Shown: piece after piece, positions 34,768 through 46,762 of the stretch
Position numbering within the stretch: the first letter of the stretch is position 1
Layout of the letters: each line of letters starts with the position of its first letter
From: Psammoneis japonica
Lineage: Eukaryota
Direction: 5' to 3'
Length of the DNA stretch: 64,000 nt
Assembly: GCA_008632985.1 (NCBI GenBank)
Contig: QPGO01000075.1
Span: 64,517-128,516, forward strand
Notes under the pieces: model-generated
Seen by the model: the letters and a program-made list of their open reading frames with translations, nothing else
Database searches by the model: none
What the model was told of the DNA's origin: nothing
Translations under genes and position numbers: made by a program

Positions 34768-35889
34768 TCAAGACACACATCCACATGCTCTGTGCATGCA
34801 GAAGACTTGGTCATGCACAATTTGGGACAACACGTCATGGGCAGCACAGGCGGTGGAATGCTCGGTGTGCGAGCGGAGCCTGCGGATCGGATGGCACTTG
34901 AGCTGTGTCACAAGTTGACACCACACAAGTTCTGCAGGGTTCCATTCAGGGGTCCTCGTTGGAAGAAACAAAACAAATGTGCCACACTCTGTCCACAGCC
35001 ATTCTTCAAGAACCGCATTTTCACCATGCACGTGGCAGGCTGCATTGTCTAGAACAAGGATGTCACCACCTCTGAGAAAGCCCCGATGCACTGCATGCTC
35101 AATCTCCATTGCAAACTGTTCCACATCATTCGGCTCATTGTGGATCCGGCAATGCACTGGGTGGGTCCTTGTGTCGATGCCGCAAAAGCCGATGACGGGG
35201 CATGTGTTGCGAAAATCAGAGGATGTGAAGGATGGCGGGACTTCCCCTGTTAGTGCATTTCGCCTTGTCCTTCGGCAATGCACTTCTGAACCTTTCAGCA
35301 GCTTCTCATCTCCGCATTTGACCCTCCACGGATCAACCTCGGCGACAACCATTGTGAACTCGCGTGCTCGTAGGATGTTGTCGGGTTTGAATTTGTCACA
35401 GGGAATGAGATTTGGCTTGCGAAGTTTCCCGCTGATTGGAAATGCATGATTCCAGAATCTGCTGATGGCAGCATTCGAAACCACTGCTCCTGTGAGGTTG
35501 CACAGATTCTCCCGACAGTTGGACAGCAAGCGACTTGGCTCGTCCAGATGTGGAATCAGAAGGACAAAAGCATCTAGACTGTCAATTGTGTTGACGCCTG
35601 GACCACACATTCGTTTCTGGTGAATCTTTCGCGGGTGAAGCACTTGGCCGCAACAGTCAAGTTCTCGCTCCACTTTGACCACAAATTTGCGGTCAACCCT
35701 GCAAACCCGAGCGACTTCTGTCAGATTCGGCCTGCCACTCTCTGACGTGTCTTGTGGTGATTGATGGACCCTCTGAACTTCGATCTTCTTCTTGATGCCA
35801 CATGCCCTCCCACGTTCATACGTTCCACCATTGTCATTGACAGCAAGTCCGCACTGGGCTGCAGTGGCGCAATCGATGTTGTTGGCCAT
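34768..35889 (-). pseudogene. IS630/Tc1-like DDE transposase (DD38E spacing), frame open but hypermutated
   Basis: GDEK...LVLDNAACH...LFLPTRTPEWNPAELVW; N-terminal HTH-like region; 1 Tyr versus about 23 Cys in 373 aa. Confidence 0.9.
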
Positions 35890-36591
35890 TTTGTTTTTTC
35901 ACGACACAATGTCTCGTCTACTTACAGCCTGCTCAAGCCACACAATGTCCCGTGTAATGCTGAATCATCAGAATAGATGGGTGCGACTGCAAGGGAGGAA
36001 CATGGAGATGCGACAAAGAATGAATTGCACAGAAAAGTGCAGCATTTCGGTGACATCCAAGCACAACAAATCCTGGTAGATTTCTCGAGTGTCTCTTCAA
36101 ATCTTCACAAGACCTTCAAGTGATATAATCTTAGGGACTAGTATAGCGTTTCCGACTGGTCAAACTATCACGATAATCGTCCAATTACTTACAATCAACG
36201 ACAAGATGCCATCCGGAGTCGTTTTTCGGGTTTTTTTTAGCGAGCGCGTGTCGGAGGGAGTCGAAAAAATTCTTGTGTGTCCGCGCGGGGGCACCTGCGC
36301 GCAAGGCATAATACGGTGCTTTACCGTAAAAGTCTCGTACGTAGAAAGATTACCATGTCTTCAACAATGTACGTGGTGGACATCGACAGCTCACAAAATT
36401 GCCGCCAACACGCATTTCATCGAATCCAATTTGGAAATTCAGCACAGGCTCTGCGTGTGTAGTTCGAACGTCTTTACGTTGTGTCGTGGTCTCTATCGTC
36501 AACTAGTGTCATCTACCATACGTGTGAAGAGATCATATACGAAGAAAGAAGCAATTGTTGCCTTAGCGTTGAAAAAATCGAACAAGAAAAC

Positions 36592-37695
36592 ATGCAACGA
36601 TTGAGAATATCGTGGGCTCTACGTGGAAGAAAGAGTGCCGTGTCGTTCGAAAATAGTTGGCCGTCCTGGTTCAGAACGACTGCTCTGATCATTTGCATTC
36701 TCAGTTGCAACTGGTACGAATGTCTCGGATTTTCTTCCGCAGCGACAAGTGTGGTGGATTTGAAAATGACAGACTTTACAACTGGAACAAAGACAAACCA
36801 CGAACCCGTCATATTCTTGCATGGCTTGCTAGGATCAAAACGAAACTTTGCCTCCTTGGCCACATCATTGGCAGCGCAATTGAAAAAGAAAAGACCAATC
36901 ATTGCCGTAGATTTGAGGAATCATGGTAAGATTGATTACTTCGTCTTACCACTTACTACTGCGCTCAATCCGTTTGTTTTTCTTGAATCTCACCAACAAA
37001 GTATTCTGTCCGCTTGATACAAAGGGGAAAATAGTCATGATTGGCGACCTGACATGCCATATACAGAAATGGCTAGGGACGTGTTGGCATTGATTGATAA
37101 ATGTGGTTACGATAATGCAATATTAGTGGGGCATAGCATGGGAGGAAAAGTGGCAAAAGCATGTGCCTTGCTCGAGCCAGAGAAAATTGGCGGTTTGGTG
37201 GTACTCGATATTGCTCCTGTAAAATATTCCGTAGAGAGCGATCCGACATGGAAGGCAGTTTCAGATATTGTACACAACATTGCTTCGATTGAATTCTGCG
37301 AGGGACAAACGAAACGGGACGTGGATGTACTGCTGAGACCTCTGGTACAAGATCCTGCGCTAAGGGCTTTTGTTCTAACCAACATAGACGCACCAAAGAC
37401 TGCAAAAGACGCATCCATCAATAAGCCATCTTGGAAAATAAATATGGATGCTATTGTGCATCAAATGGACACACTGGCTGGATTTGACCTCCCAGCACAG
37501 TCTTTGGAGTATCCAGGCGACGTCTTTTTCATTCACGGAGGACAATCACGATTTGTACGACATTCTCACATTGAAACTATCCAGGGGTACTTTCCAAATC
37601 ACATGCTGACGACCATTCGTGGTGCAGGGCACTGGGTACACGCAGAAGCCCCGGACGATACGCTAGCATTACTGAAGCGATACTTAGATCGGTAA
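36592..37695 (+). CDS. Alpha/beta hydrolase, ABHD11/YbfF-like, 2 exons
   Basis: FLHGLLGSKRNF, VDLRNHG|, GHSMGGK, LDIAP and AGHWVHAEAP motifs; intron at about 36926-37024. Confidence 0.9.
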
Positions 37696-37741
37696 ATCTT
37701 TAGAGAAGAAATATAGAGTGGAACCTGTCGTTATTGCGGCT

Positions 37742-38875
37742 TTAAGTTCGAGCTCGAATACCTGCTCGTGTCATCCATCGCCAGTCGCATAAGCTTGCAT
37801 TATTCGCCCATTCTTGAAACAGCAGTTCGATTTCGCTTTGTTGATACACGTTCTCCATGATATTCTTGTACTTTCGTATGCCAATGCCTTGTGCGCGCAT
37901 CTCCTCAAGAATTAGGGATTCTTGAGGATCAATGCCCCAGCCTTGGAGCAAGGTCTTCCATGCTTCTAAACTCTGCTTAAATGCCACAGTACCGTATTGT
38001 GTATATTCAAACGCCTCGAGGCGCTCCAAAGCTAGTCGAGGATAGTTTCCAGCATTGATAAACACTTCTTTCTCCAAGTACTCTACTAACAACGGATCGC
38101 GATACCCGTCCTCACAGCCCCAACGTGTCATAAGCTCAGTTATTGTTTCTGAGAGCACGCTTTTGTTAAACTTGGCAAGGACCTTTGTTTGCGGGTGGCG
38201 CCTTCTTGCGAAACAAAGATCGGATCTTGTGCCATCTTCATAAACCGACAAGTGCTCTTTTGCGAAGCAGTCCCGGGCTCTACAAATGTTGTGTTCCAAC
38301 ACATTTTCTCTATACGTGACAACCACACGAGCCTCGAGATCCTTCAAACCTGCGGCCACTCCATATGAGAGTTGCTCTAGTAGAACTTTGGGCAGCATCA
38401 CCTGCGATTGGTTGCTTGAAATCATGTTGTAGGTCTCAAACACCATTTGTTGGTACGCGAGCCATTTGTTTTCCTTTGCGAGTGTCTGGTTGAATCTTCC
38501 ATTAATTTTGTTGGCATCTGGTTTTCCTATGGACAAGTATTCAGACTCCATTCGGTCTCCCAAGTCCACGTATGGATCCAAGCCAGTGTGATGCAAGACA
38601 AGGTTCTTGGCGACTTTCAACAAGAACGTAGTCCCAGAGCATCCTCGAGAGAGCAACACCAACGGAGGCATTGGTCCCATTTTCCCATTGTAATTCTTTT
38701 TCATATTGTTGGGGACATCACGTCTTTTCCGTGAAGAATTCGACTTGCTCAAGCTCACAGCTGCTGGGTTGGCGACAACTGAATCAACTGTCGACCAGAC
38801 ATATCTGAACTGACTCAAACGCCACCCAAACAGCAGAAACATAAGAACAACGAGCAATAAGCGCGAGTTCATCAT
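37742..38875 (-). CDS. Type II membrane protein, sulfotransferase-like
   Basis: N-terminal TM anchor; LSRGCSGTTFL (5'-PSB-like) and YRENVLE (3'-PB-like) motifs. Confidence 0.6.
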   Translation of the reverse strand: MMNSRLLLVVLMFLLFGWRLSQFRYVWSTVDSVVANPAAVSLSKSNSSRKRRDVPNNMKKNYNGKMGPMPPLVLLSRGCSGTTFLLKVAKNLVLHHTGLDPYVDLGDRMESEYLSIGKPDANKINGRFNQTLAKENKWLAYQQMVFETYNMISSNQSQVMLPKVLLEQLSYGVAAGLKDLEARVVVTYRENVLEHNICRARDCFAKEHLSVYEDGTRSDLCFARRRHPQTKVLAKFNKSVLSETITELMTRWGCEDGYRDPLLVEYLEKEVFINAGNYPRLALERLEAFEYTQYGTVAFKQSLEAWKTLLQGWGIDPQESLILEEMRAQGIGIRKYKNIMENVYQQSEIELLFQEWANNASLCDWRWMTRAGIRART

Positions 38876-39249
38876 CGTCTTACAGCTCTGTTCCCGAAAT
38901 CACAATGTAACAACGTTTCCCAATTGTACATAAAAGCAAACAAATCCCTCGAGAGACAACTAAGACGAATGCCAATGAGTGTTGAGGAGCGGATGCCGAT
39001 TATCGTCATGAGCACCTCCTGATCGCTTTGTGCTTTGTGCTTGTGATTTGCGTGATGGGTGATGGGTGATGGCGCTGGATGCAGCGCTAAGGTGAATTCT
39101 GGAGCTCGGACCTCGTCATCGAAGCTGCAGTTTCCTACACGACGTAGAGCGTACGTAGGGCTAGGAATTGGCAATAATTTTGAAGGTAGCAGGTTCTCAC
39201 GCATCTTTTACATGCGAAATCATGGTGTTAATTCTACAAAGCTGCACAA

Positions 39250-39900
39250 CCCATCAATTCCTCGCAATCGATGTCACTGTACCACAAGCTCCCCCGCCTC
39301 CTGCACCTGGTTTGCCCGTCCCTGAAAACCCACTCAACAAGGCTCACCTCAGCAGCACTCGGGACAAGCTCCTCGGCCGCTCTGCATCCTCTTCTCATGG
39401 TTCTGACGTCATTGACGCCATTGACCAAGCAGGCCTCTTCCTCCTCCCTTCTTTTACCTTCGACCACCTCGGAGGCATTGGGTGTCACTTCCATGTCTTC
39501 TTCTTTGGCGCCTCCACCACCACCTCCTCCTCCGTCCCACCCCTTCCTCCCAAACCACCCTGGTCAAGCCCATCCTCCTTGCCCAACTCACAAGCATCCT
39601 TCTCCGCCTTCACCAACTCCCTTTTGGCTCCTTCCAACCTCCTCGCCCAATCCAACGCGGCCTGGAAACAACTTTCACCCAACCACTTTGGCTCCTCCTG
39701 TCATGCAGCAACACCCCCACTCTGGGCCTCCCAAATCCTCAGTCTCAATTTCGGCTTTGCTCTTTCCAACCGCCTTTCTACATTTTAAGCTTTCCTCCTC
39801 CGCCACCCCACTGTCACCAACTCCTCCTCACAACCATCTGTCGCACCCTCGGCCAACCCTTTTTCTCTCCCTCGCCAAGCGCGACCACCTGTTTCCCCAC
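39250..39900 (+). mobile_element. 3' fragment of an RLE-type (CRE/R2-like) non-LTR retrotransposon
   Basis: FLAIDVTV...RDKL...FLLPSFTFDHLGGIG resembles the restriction-like endonuclease C-terminus; strongly C-rich sense strand; no RT upstream, so 5'-truncated. Confidence 0.6.
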
Positions 39901-41095
39901 CACGACAACTGCCAACCCCACGGACATCACAGTTGGTGAAAACAAAGTGACAGTGATTGAGAAATTTAGCAATGGTCATCACACAAACAAAATCTCTCAG
40001 AAATTCTTTCGTGCTCATTTTTTGCTCACAACTCGTCATCTCACATGATGTGTTTGTTGTTTGCCAAGCAGGGATGCAGGCGATCGCCCAGGATGGCTCG
40101 CCCTTCTTATGGACAATGGAAAGTCTTCTCTTGTTTGGCAATTGCACAACTCATTTAGCTTGATGGCGTGTTGTCTCCAGGTGGCACAGGTGTTGCCAGT
40201 CAAGTCCGGAGGTCGGGGCAAATCAAGTGCGTGTCTCCGGCCCAGAGCCCACATCATTCCTGTGTCTTTGACCGCAGGAAGTTGCCTGTTTGCTTGACCC
40301 GTCAGGTCACGGCTGTTGAAATGGACAGCAGCGTTCATCTGCAAAGCAGCAAAAGCTTGCCAAGCAGATCATGCCATTGACGGAATGTGGGGTTTGGGGT
40401 TCCGTCGCATCAGCGACATGATGCGGCAAGTCTTCACTCACAGGGGAGTGTTGATTTGGCACGCGGTTGACTCGCAAGTCATCTTGTTGTCTCTGCAGCA
40501 CATCCCCCCTTTTGCATTTTTTAGAGTGATGCTTCACTCTGAAGATGCACAAAAGCTTGAGATCCATCTTTTTTGATGGCGCTCTTGAGGCATCATTGCC
40601 CTGCATGACCAATTTCCACATCAACTTTTGACATTTCTGTGTTTCAAATTTTCGAAACGCGCTTTGAACCTTTGCAACAGATGTGGAAATGCCAAAAGCA
40701 AGACATGACAATCTTCGTTGGCATGCCATTCATTCTGCACATGCGTCAATGGACTGCGATGGCAGTGCTTGCAATGTCGTTGCACAGCTCCTTGCCTGGG
40801 GTCCATGATGGGGTGTTCGTTGCGGTGTGAAGGCTTGTCATCGACATGTGGTGGACTGTTCGGTGCTGCTTGCCTGCAGCACTGCATGGGCAAGCTGTTC
40901 CTCCATGATTGCACTTGCAAGATCACGGTGGACTGACAAAGTGCAAATTCGGACAACTGGGTGCTGTCCGAACAACAGCTGTTGGCACCTGCTCTTGAGG
41001 AAAAGACAAAAGCAATTAATCGAACCCCACAGACATCAAAATGAATCTAATTCCAGGTTTCCATGCCAACGGTTCCAAGTCTGATGAGCAATGCA

Positions 41096-44070
41096 TCATG
41101 ATTGCTGTGCATGTGCCAGCTTTTCTCCATTTTTCTGGGTGTCATCTCCAGTTGACAAGGCACTGGGAGTGGTGACCATTGGCAAGTTTTTGCCGCTTCC
41201 TTCATTGCCCCCGTTTCCTTCCTCCTCTGTGCCTTCTCCATCATCAATCTCCACATGGAAATCACTGTTCAGTGCAACACCCAGTTCAACATCCCCCACC
41301 TTGTGAAGCAAAGGTTGGCAGTTGTCTGGGTGGACCTCGTTCTTTGCCTTTAAAGTCGGCTGCAGGCACTGATTGGTGATGAACAAAAAATCATCCTGGC
41401 CTTCAGCTTGATTCTTGAGATTGACCTGCAACAAGCACTCCTCTCCTGCAGGCAGAAATTCTGCAACCTGCTTGTGTCTCTGCAAATGTTAAAAAGAACG
41501 TTTGCATCAACAGCGGAAGCACGAGGGGGGCAGCCCATCCCTTTCTTTTGAGCCCAAGTGCACCCAGGAGGGTCAGCTGTCCAATGATGGTTTGTGCTTT
41601 GACATTCCCATGAAAGTGATTCAATTCTGCTGCCCATGCCTGGCTTTGCTGGGCAGTTGCAAAAGCACTTGTGCCTCCAACACAAGCACAAGATTCCAAA
41701 GCAAAACATGAGAAACCAGTTAAAGAGAGGCACCATTGACAAACAGACAAAGAACACCTTTGTGTGGAGTGTGGAGTGCGTTTGCAGAGGCAACTTCGGC
41801 ATGTGGAAGCCTGAGAGGGTTGCACAGTGGACACAAAAAGCCATGCGACCTGCGAGAAGACTCCTCCTTGGCAAGGTCAGGGCCATGACAGCATTGCAGG
41901 GCTGCCTTGAAGAGTGGCAAGAAACAAAGCATTTCGACAGTCAAGCCAACAAAGGTCTTTGCCAACAAAAGCTGCACAAAATGGGTTGACTGCCCCGGAA
42001 GGGACGTCGCCAAGAAATCAATTTGCTTGCAGGGTCACAGACAATGTTTTGAACTTCAGCCCAAATCCCTCCTGATGCAGCAGACACAAAGAAAGTTTGA
42101 ATGATCAAAAAAGAACAAGTTTTGGGAGCTGTTGGGCAACCTGTGCAGCCTGTGAAAGCGGAAATTCCACAAGCACAATCCACTCAAGCAGGGTGGGCAA
42201 TGAAAAATTGAGTGGAACGAGAAGGAGCGGAGCAAGACTTTTGAAGAAGGTGGAGAGCCATGGTTGCTTCTCCAATGAATTGGCAAGCCATGACATCTCC
42301 TGTGTGAGAGATTCAATGTTGCTCAAGGATGAAACAAATGCTGTTGGAATTGTCTGTGATGATTGAAGGGCTGCTGTCAGTGCAATGGCAAGGAGCCCGC
42401 CAGTCTGCAACTTGTGAGAGCTCCTTCCATCGTTTCTGTGAAACACATTTTCTGGATCGGGTGCATCGTGCGCATCCATGCTGAATGGTGTTGAATGATG
42501 AATCCCCTGCAATGCAGATTGCTTGGAATGAAGGTTCTTGAAACAGACAAAACCGGCATCCCGTGGCGACCCTTCCTCTTCTCCCCACACCAATGCCAAC
42601 ACGCTTGTTGCGCTGTTGTAATTCCCTCTTTTGCCTTCTTTGCAAGTTTCTTGCTCAACGTTGCACCCAGCTTGGCACCCTTCTGAAGAGAGTGGGTGAC
42701 GGATTCAGAAAAATGCGACACTGATGTCTGCAGCTTGTCCACAACGTTCCTCTTCAAGCCGCCCAATCTAAAAACTGGAGGTGTTGCTTTCTTTTCCACT
42801 GCAGCCTTCTCTGATTCTGCTGTTTTGTGAGCATCCACAACATTTTCTCCCTTTTTGACCTTTGGCAAGCTTTCTGTCTCAGCGCCTTTGCTTGTTGTTT
42901 CCTTCTCCTCTTGATCATGCTCCAATTGTAAAGTTTCTTGAGTGTCCATGAAAATGTCTTCCTGTGCTGACACCTGGTCTGTTGCATCTGGGTTGGTCTG
43001 GTGCACGCCCAATCCTGTTGATGACTCGTCTGCTTCTGCAATGTTGCAGCCATTCACGAGCACCCTTTTTGAGTGCTGCATCATGTTGAAGCTTCAAACA
43101 CTCAATGACACAGACGTCTTCTGCAATTCACTGGTTTGAGTGGGTGATTCCTCCACCGCTGCAGAATGGCCTCCTTTGTTTGCTTTCGTCACACCCTTGG
43201 TTTGTTCAATGTTGGTCAAATGCTCAAGTTTTCTGATGAGAGCCTGCCATTTGTTGACCTTGGCTTCCAACTTTGGAATTCTTAGAGCCACATGCATATC
43301 TGGCACACCATCTGTGAATGACAGCAAAAAGCATTTTAACACAGCATCCGATCAATGGCACAATCTGGAATGCCTGAATGCACATGGCACAATTTCGTGG
43401 CTCACGCTCCAACTGAAAGGCATGTCAGTGGGTCAAAAACCATTTGAACTCTTGCAAGACAAAGCACATTGTAAATCCAAAGACAATTTGGGTCGACAGT
43501 GAACAGCAGAAATGAGATGATCCGATCCTGGAGGAACATGTGCAGAGGATGATCTCACAACTGAGTCAAGCTGCACATTTTCTGGAGTGGCACGGCATGC
43601 CACAGATTGGAAAGAGCCAGATGGAATTGAACATTCCCGCCAAGAAAATCTTCGTCCAAAAGATGAACATGCAATCCAAACATGCCGAGTCCATGCCGCA
43701 TTGCTCCCAAATCTCCGTTGAGCTTGCTCGTTGAACCTTCCAAACCACGACACAAAACCACAGGTTGACGCTTCCACAATTTCAACACGGCCATTCTTTG
43801 GGACAAAGATTTGTTAGACAGCATTGAGCCAAGCAATCTCTGCATCCTTGGCTTCTGCGAAGGAGTCCCAGCTGAAGGTTCCTGGTTCCGCATCTTCCCA
43901 CCCCCATCCGCACCTGGACAGCGACTTGCAAGAACAAAGATTTTTTTACACCACCTGTGTTGACACACCATGACAAAGAGAAATGCCTCATGAGCAAATG
44001 CGAAGCCTCCAAACAACCTTTCCAGGCAAGCTGTGCTCACTGTCCGCTGATGGCAGACAGTGACCAGCAA
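41096..44070 (-). pseudogene. Decayed OSCA/CSC1/TMEM63 (ERD4-like) channel gene
   Basis: Collinear fragments across frames: EQCGMDS..GMFNSIWLFPI; VALRIPKLEAKV..RKLEH; AGFVCFKNL..QSALQ..APDPENVF; TIPTAFVSSLSNIESL; ATSLPGQSTHFVQ; GPDLAKEE; PLFNWFLMFCF..RHK; QCLQPTL. Confidence 0.85.
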
Positions 44071-46059
44071 AAGCCATCATCATCTTCTGTCGGCAACGCA
44101 CCTTGATCTCAAACAGTCGCTGCAGTTGCATGAATGCCACTGTGGCACAAAGCAAACAGAGTGCGTGGCTGCAGAAAAAAGGCCTGCACACAACCGTCCT
44201 TTGGCCCCAGCACACCTCTTGCACAGGACTGAAGCTTTGATTGTTCTGGAAAAGGGCCTTTCACTGGAAAATGGAGTTTTGAACCATCTTACATTGCAAG
44301 ATGAGGGACAAAACTGCAGCAAGATTGTGTGTGCTCTTGAATGTCTTGGGCACACAAATCTGGACACAACACCCAACATGCAATCGCTGCATGCTTTTCT
44401 TGCATTCCTGCAAGGTGCGCTGGAGAAGACCCCCCACCAAGGCTTCCAACTGTCCAAACTCAAGGGCGGCCCTCTTGACAAGAGCTCTCTGGTCCTCAGC
44501 ATGTCATGTGACAAACCTTGCATGTTGAGTTTCTCCCAATTAAAAAAAGTCTGTCGATCCCTGCGGAACCACTTGATGACAGTGTTGCGCGTTTGTGGGG
44601 AGCTCACTTGAGAAGAGTCCAATGAACTGTGGAACATCACTCAAAGAGTTGCAATGATGCACAGCCAGGTGTTTGATCATGACCAACGGCGCCACTGGGG
44701 CAGACAAGACAGCATCCATCAGAGCTGTGCACTGGTGCATCATGGTGATGGCAGCACGAATGCGCCGATGCCGCGTGCTGCAAAAACGATGATGACATCA
44801 CGATTTTTTGGTGGGAAAGTTGGCCTCAAAGCAAGTGCGCTGCATGGCACATCTTTCAGGAGGACAAAATCTTGCAGCCAAGAATCATGGCATGGCAATG
44901 AGCCATCAAAGCTGCTGCGGCAAAAAGGTGGCATGCGCTGCTGCCAATGGAGAACACTGTTGGTGACATGCTCTGGCACCAGGGAGATGAGAGTCACATT
45001 GCTGTGCCTGCTGCTCAGGAGAGATCATGCACTGCTGATGCCACATGCTGCCACAGGCAGAGCAAATGGCAGCCATTGTGCCAGATCTTGCCAAAATGAG
45101 AGGAGCAAAGAAGCAATGTGGCAGTTGAGGCCAGCAGACATTGGTTGGCAGGTTTCTTCCATGTGAGACTCTTGTTCTTGAAGAGGGGTTTGACAAGGAC
45201 TTTTTCTGCTGCCCCTTGCTGCCTGCTGCCAGGATGACAGGTTGCACCATTTTGGTCTTCTCAACTTGGAGGAGATGGGAGAAGCTCAATGCTGTGTGTC
45301 CCCATCTCATCAAGAAACCAAACTCACCAAGAAGCACTCTTAGGGGGGGGAAGGGGGGGGGGGGGGCAGATGAGCTGAGGACAGTGGTTGTTGTGAGCAC
45401 AAATCCTCACCATGCTTTGCCATTGCAAGACTCTCATGAAGGCAAAGTGTGTTGCTTTTGCTGTTGGACCTGAGCCCATCCACTCCACTGTCTGTGTTGG
45501 ACCTGAGTCCCCTCCCATGCATGTGTGCTGGCTTTCCTTTGTCTGCCATGTGAAAAGGGTGTTTCTTGACCCAGATGTTGTTGAGTCATGCGCCAGCAGT
45601 CATGCCATGAAAAATGGCATCAAAATGCCCACAAGCACATGTTTGTCATGACCCTTCAAACAATGGCAACATTTGACAGAAGCAAGCAGATGCTGACCCA
45701 ACTCACCTCTTGTTGCACTGGGTGATCATGCCCATCTTGGTCACATTTCATTTGCCTGTTGACTTTGTTTGATGACTCCACTCTCTGTGGCAGCTGGGGG
45801 TCACATGCAAGCACAGCCCATGCTCATCACCTTGGGCAGGCCAAGTGATGAATCCTGCCAAAGTCAGAGCCTTTGGTCAGTGCTGCTGGAAATTGTCTCG
45901 CTGTTTGTTTCAATGAACTTCCCAAGCTGTTTGACAAGGCCAAGTTTGAGAAATGTTTTTGTGTTGTCACACAAACCTGCATGGGCAACAAGTGTTCACC
46001 CTGTTCCTGGAAAGACAGTGAGACAAACACAACAGCCATTTGCGCCAAATTGAGAAATC

Positions 46060-46735
46060 AAATCTTCCAAGTCTCTTTCCCCAGACACCAGGCAACACAA
46101 CCCTGCAACTGTCCGCTGCAGCTCTCAAAGTGTTGCCTGGCACTCATCAAAATTCCCAGAGCCTTTTCAGCCTGCAGGTGGGGCCGGTTTTGGCTGGTGG
46201 GCTCCACTTTGATCTCCAGCACCACAGGTGGCATCAAATTTCAAGTCCCCTCCCACAGACAAGAAGCAGGCTACAAAGTGGCTGTTGGGACAAGAGACCA
46301 ACCCTGGAGCTGTCCCCCACCACAGTTCTCAAGTTTTGCATGTGCTGGCACCCAACAAATGCCCCAAGAGCCTTCAGCCTGCATTTGTTGCTTTGGCTTT
46401 TGGGTCCCAACCAATTTGACCTCCAGCACCACAGCACCAGCACCAAATTTTAAGTGTCTCCTCTCACAAAGACAAGCAGGAGGTGTGGCAAGCGGCTGTG
46501 CAGACAAGAGATGATGTTAAATCTGCAGCTGTCTGTTGCAGCTCTTGAAGTGTTGTGCCTGGCACTTGCCCTCTGATGTCCCAAAAGGTTTCAGCCTGCA
46601 GTTGTTTGGCTGGTGGGTCTTGCTCTGACCTCTGGCACCACAACCAACATCAAATTTCAAGTTTCTTCCCACAGACAAAGCAGCAGGCAGCAAAGTGCTG
46701 GCTGCAAGGGCAAGAGATTGACCACGCAGCTGCCT
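46060..46735 (+). repeat. Diverged tandem repeat of about 205-210 bp (about 3 copies; a further related copy at about 47200)
   Basis: CAAATTT(C/T)AAGT at about 46235, 46444 and 46651, each followed by ...GCAGG...GGCTG...CAAGAGA; related CAAATTTCAGGT...GTGGCTGCATGGGCAAGAGA at about 47207. Confidence 0.75.
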
Positions 46736-46762
46736 GACATGGCGCTTCTTGAAGCATCTCCT

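Larger units (their letters stand above)
32029..36311. mobile_element. IS630/Tc1/mariner-superfamily DNA transposon, 4.28 kb, multi-ORF
   Basis: Perfect 30-bp TIRs TTATGCCTTGCGCGCAGGTGCCCCCGCGCG (32029-32058 and 36282-36311) flanked by TA on both sides (32027-28, 36312-13); DDE transposase inside. Confidence 0.95.

Noticed and set aside
34768..35889. Alternative genetic code or RNA editing as the explanation for the Tyr-free transposase
   Set aside because: Flanking host genes use TAY codons and standard stops normally, and the depletion is frame-independent and extends to non-coding DNA.
39960..41060. Possible decayed gene downstream of the OSCA remnant
   Set aside because: Protein-like fragments but no motif I can assign with confidence.
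44060..45330. Possible decayed + strand gene
   Set aside because: A semi-continuous frame is visible but there is no recognisable family.
45343..45366. Poly-G tract as a functional G-quadruplex
   Set aside because: Homopolymer of unreliable length with no supporting context.
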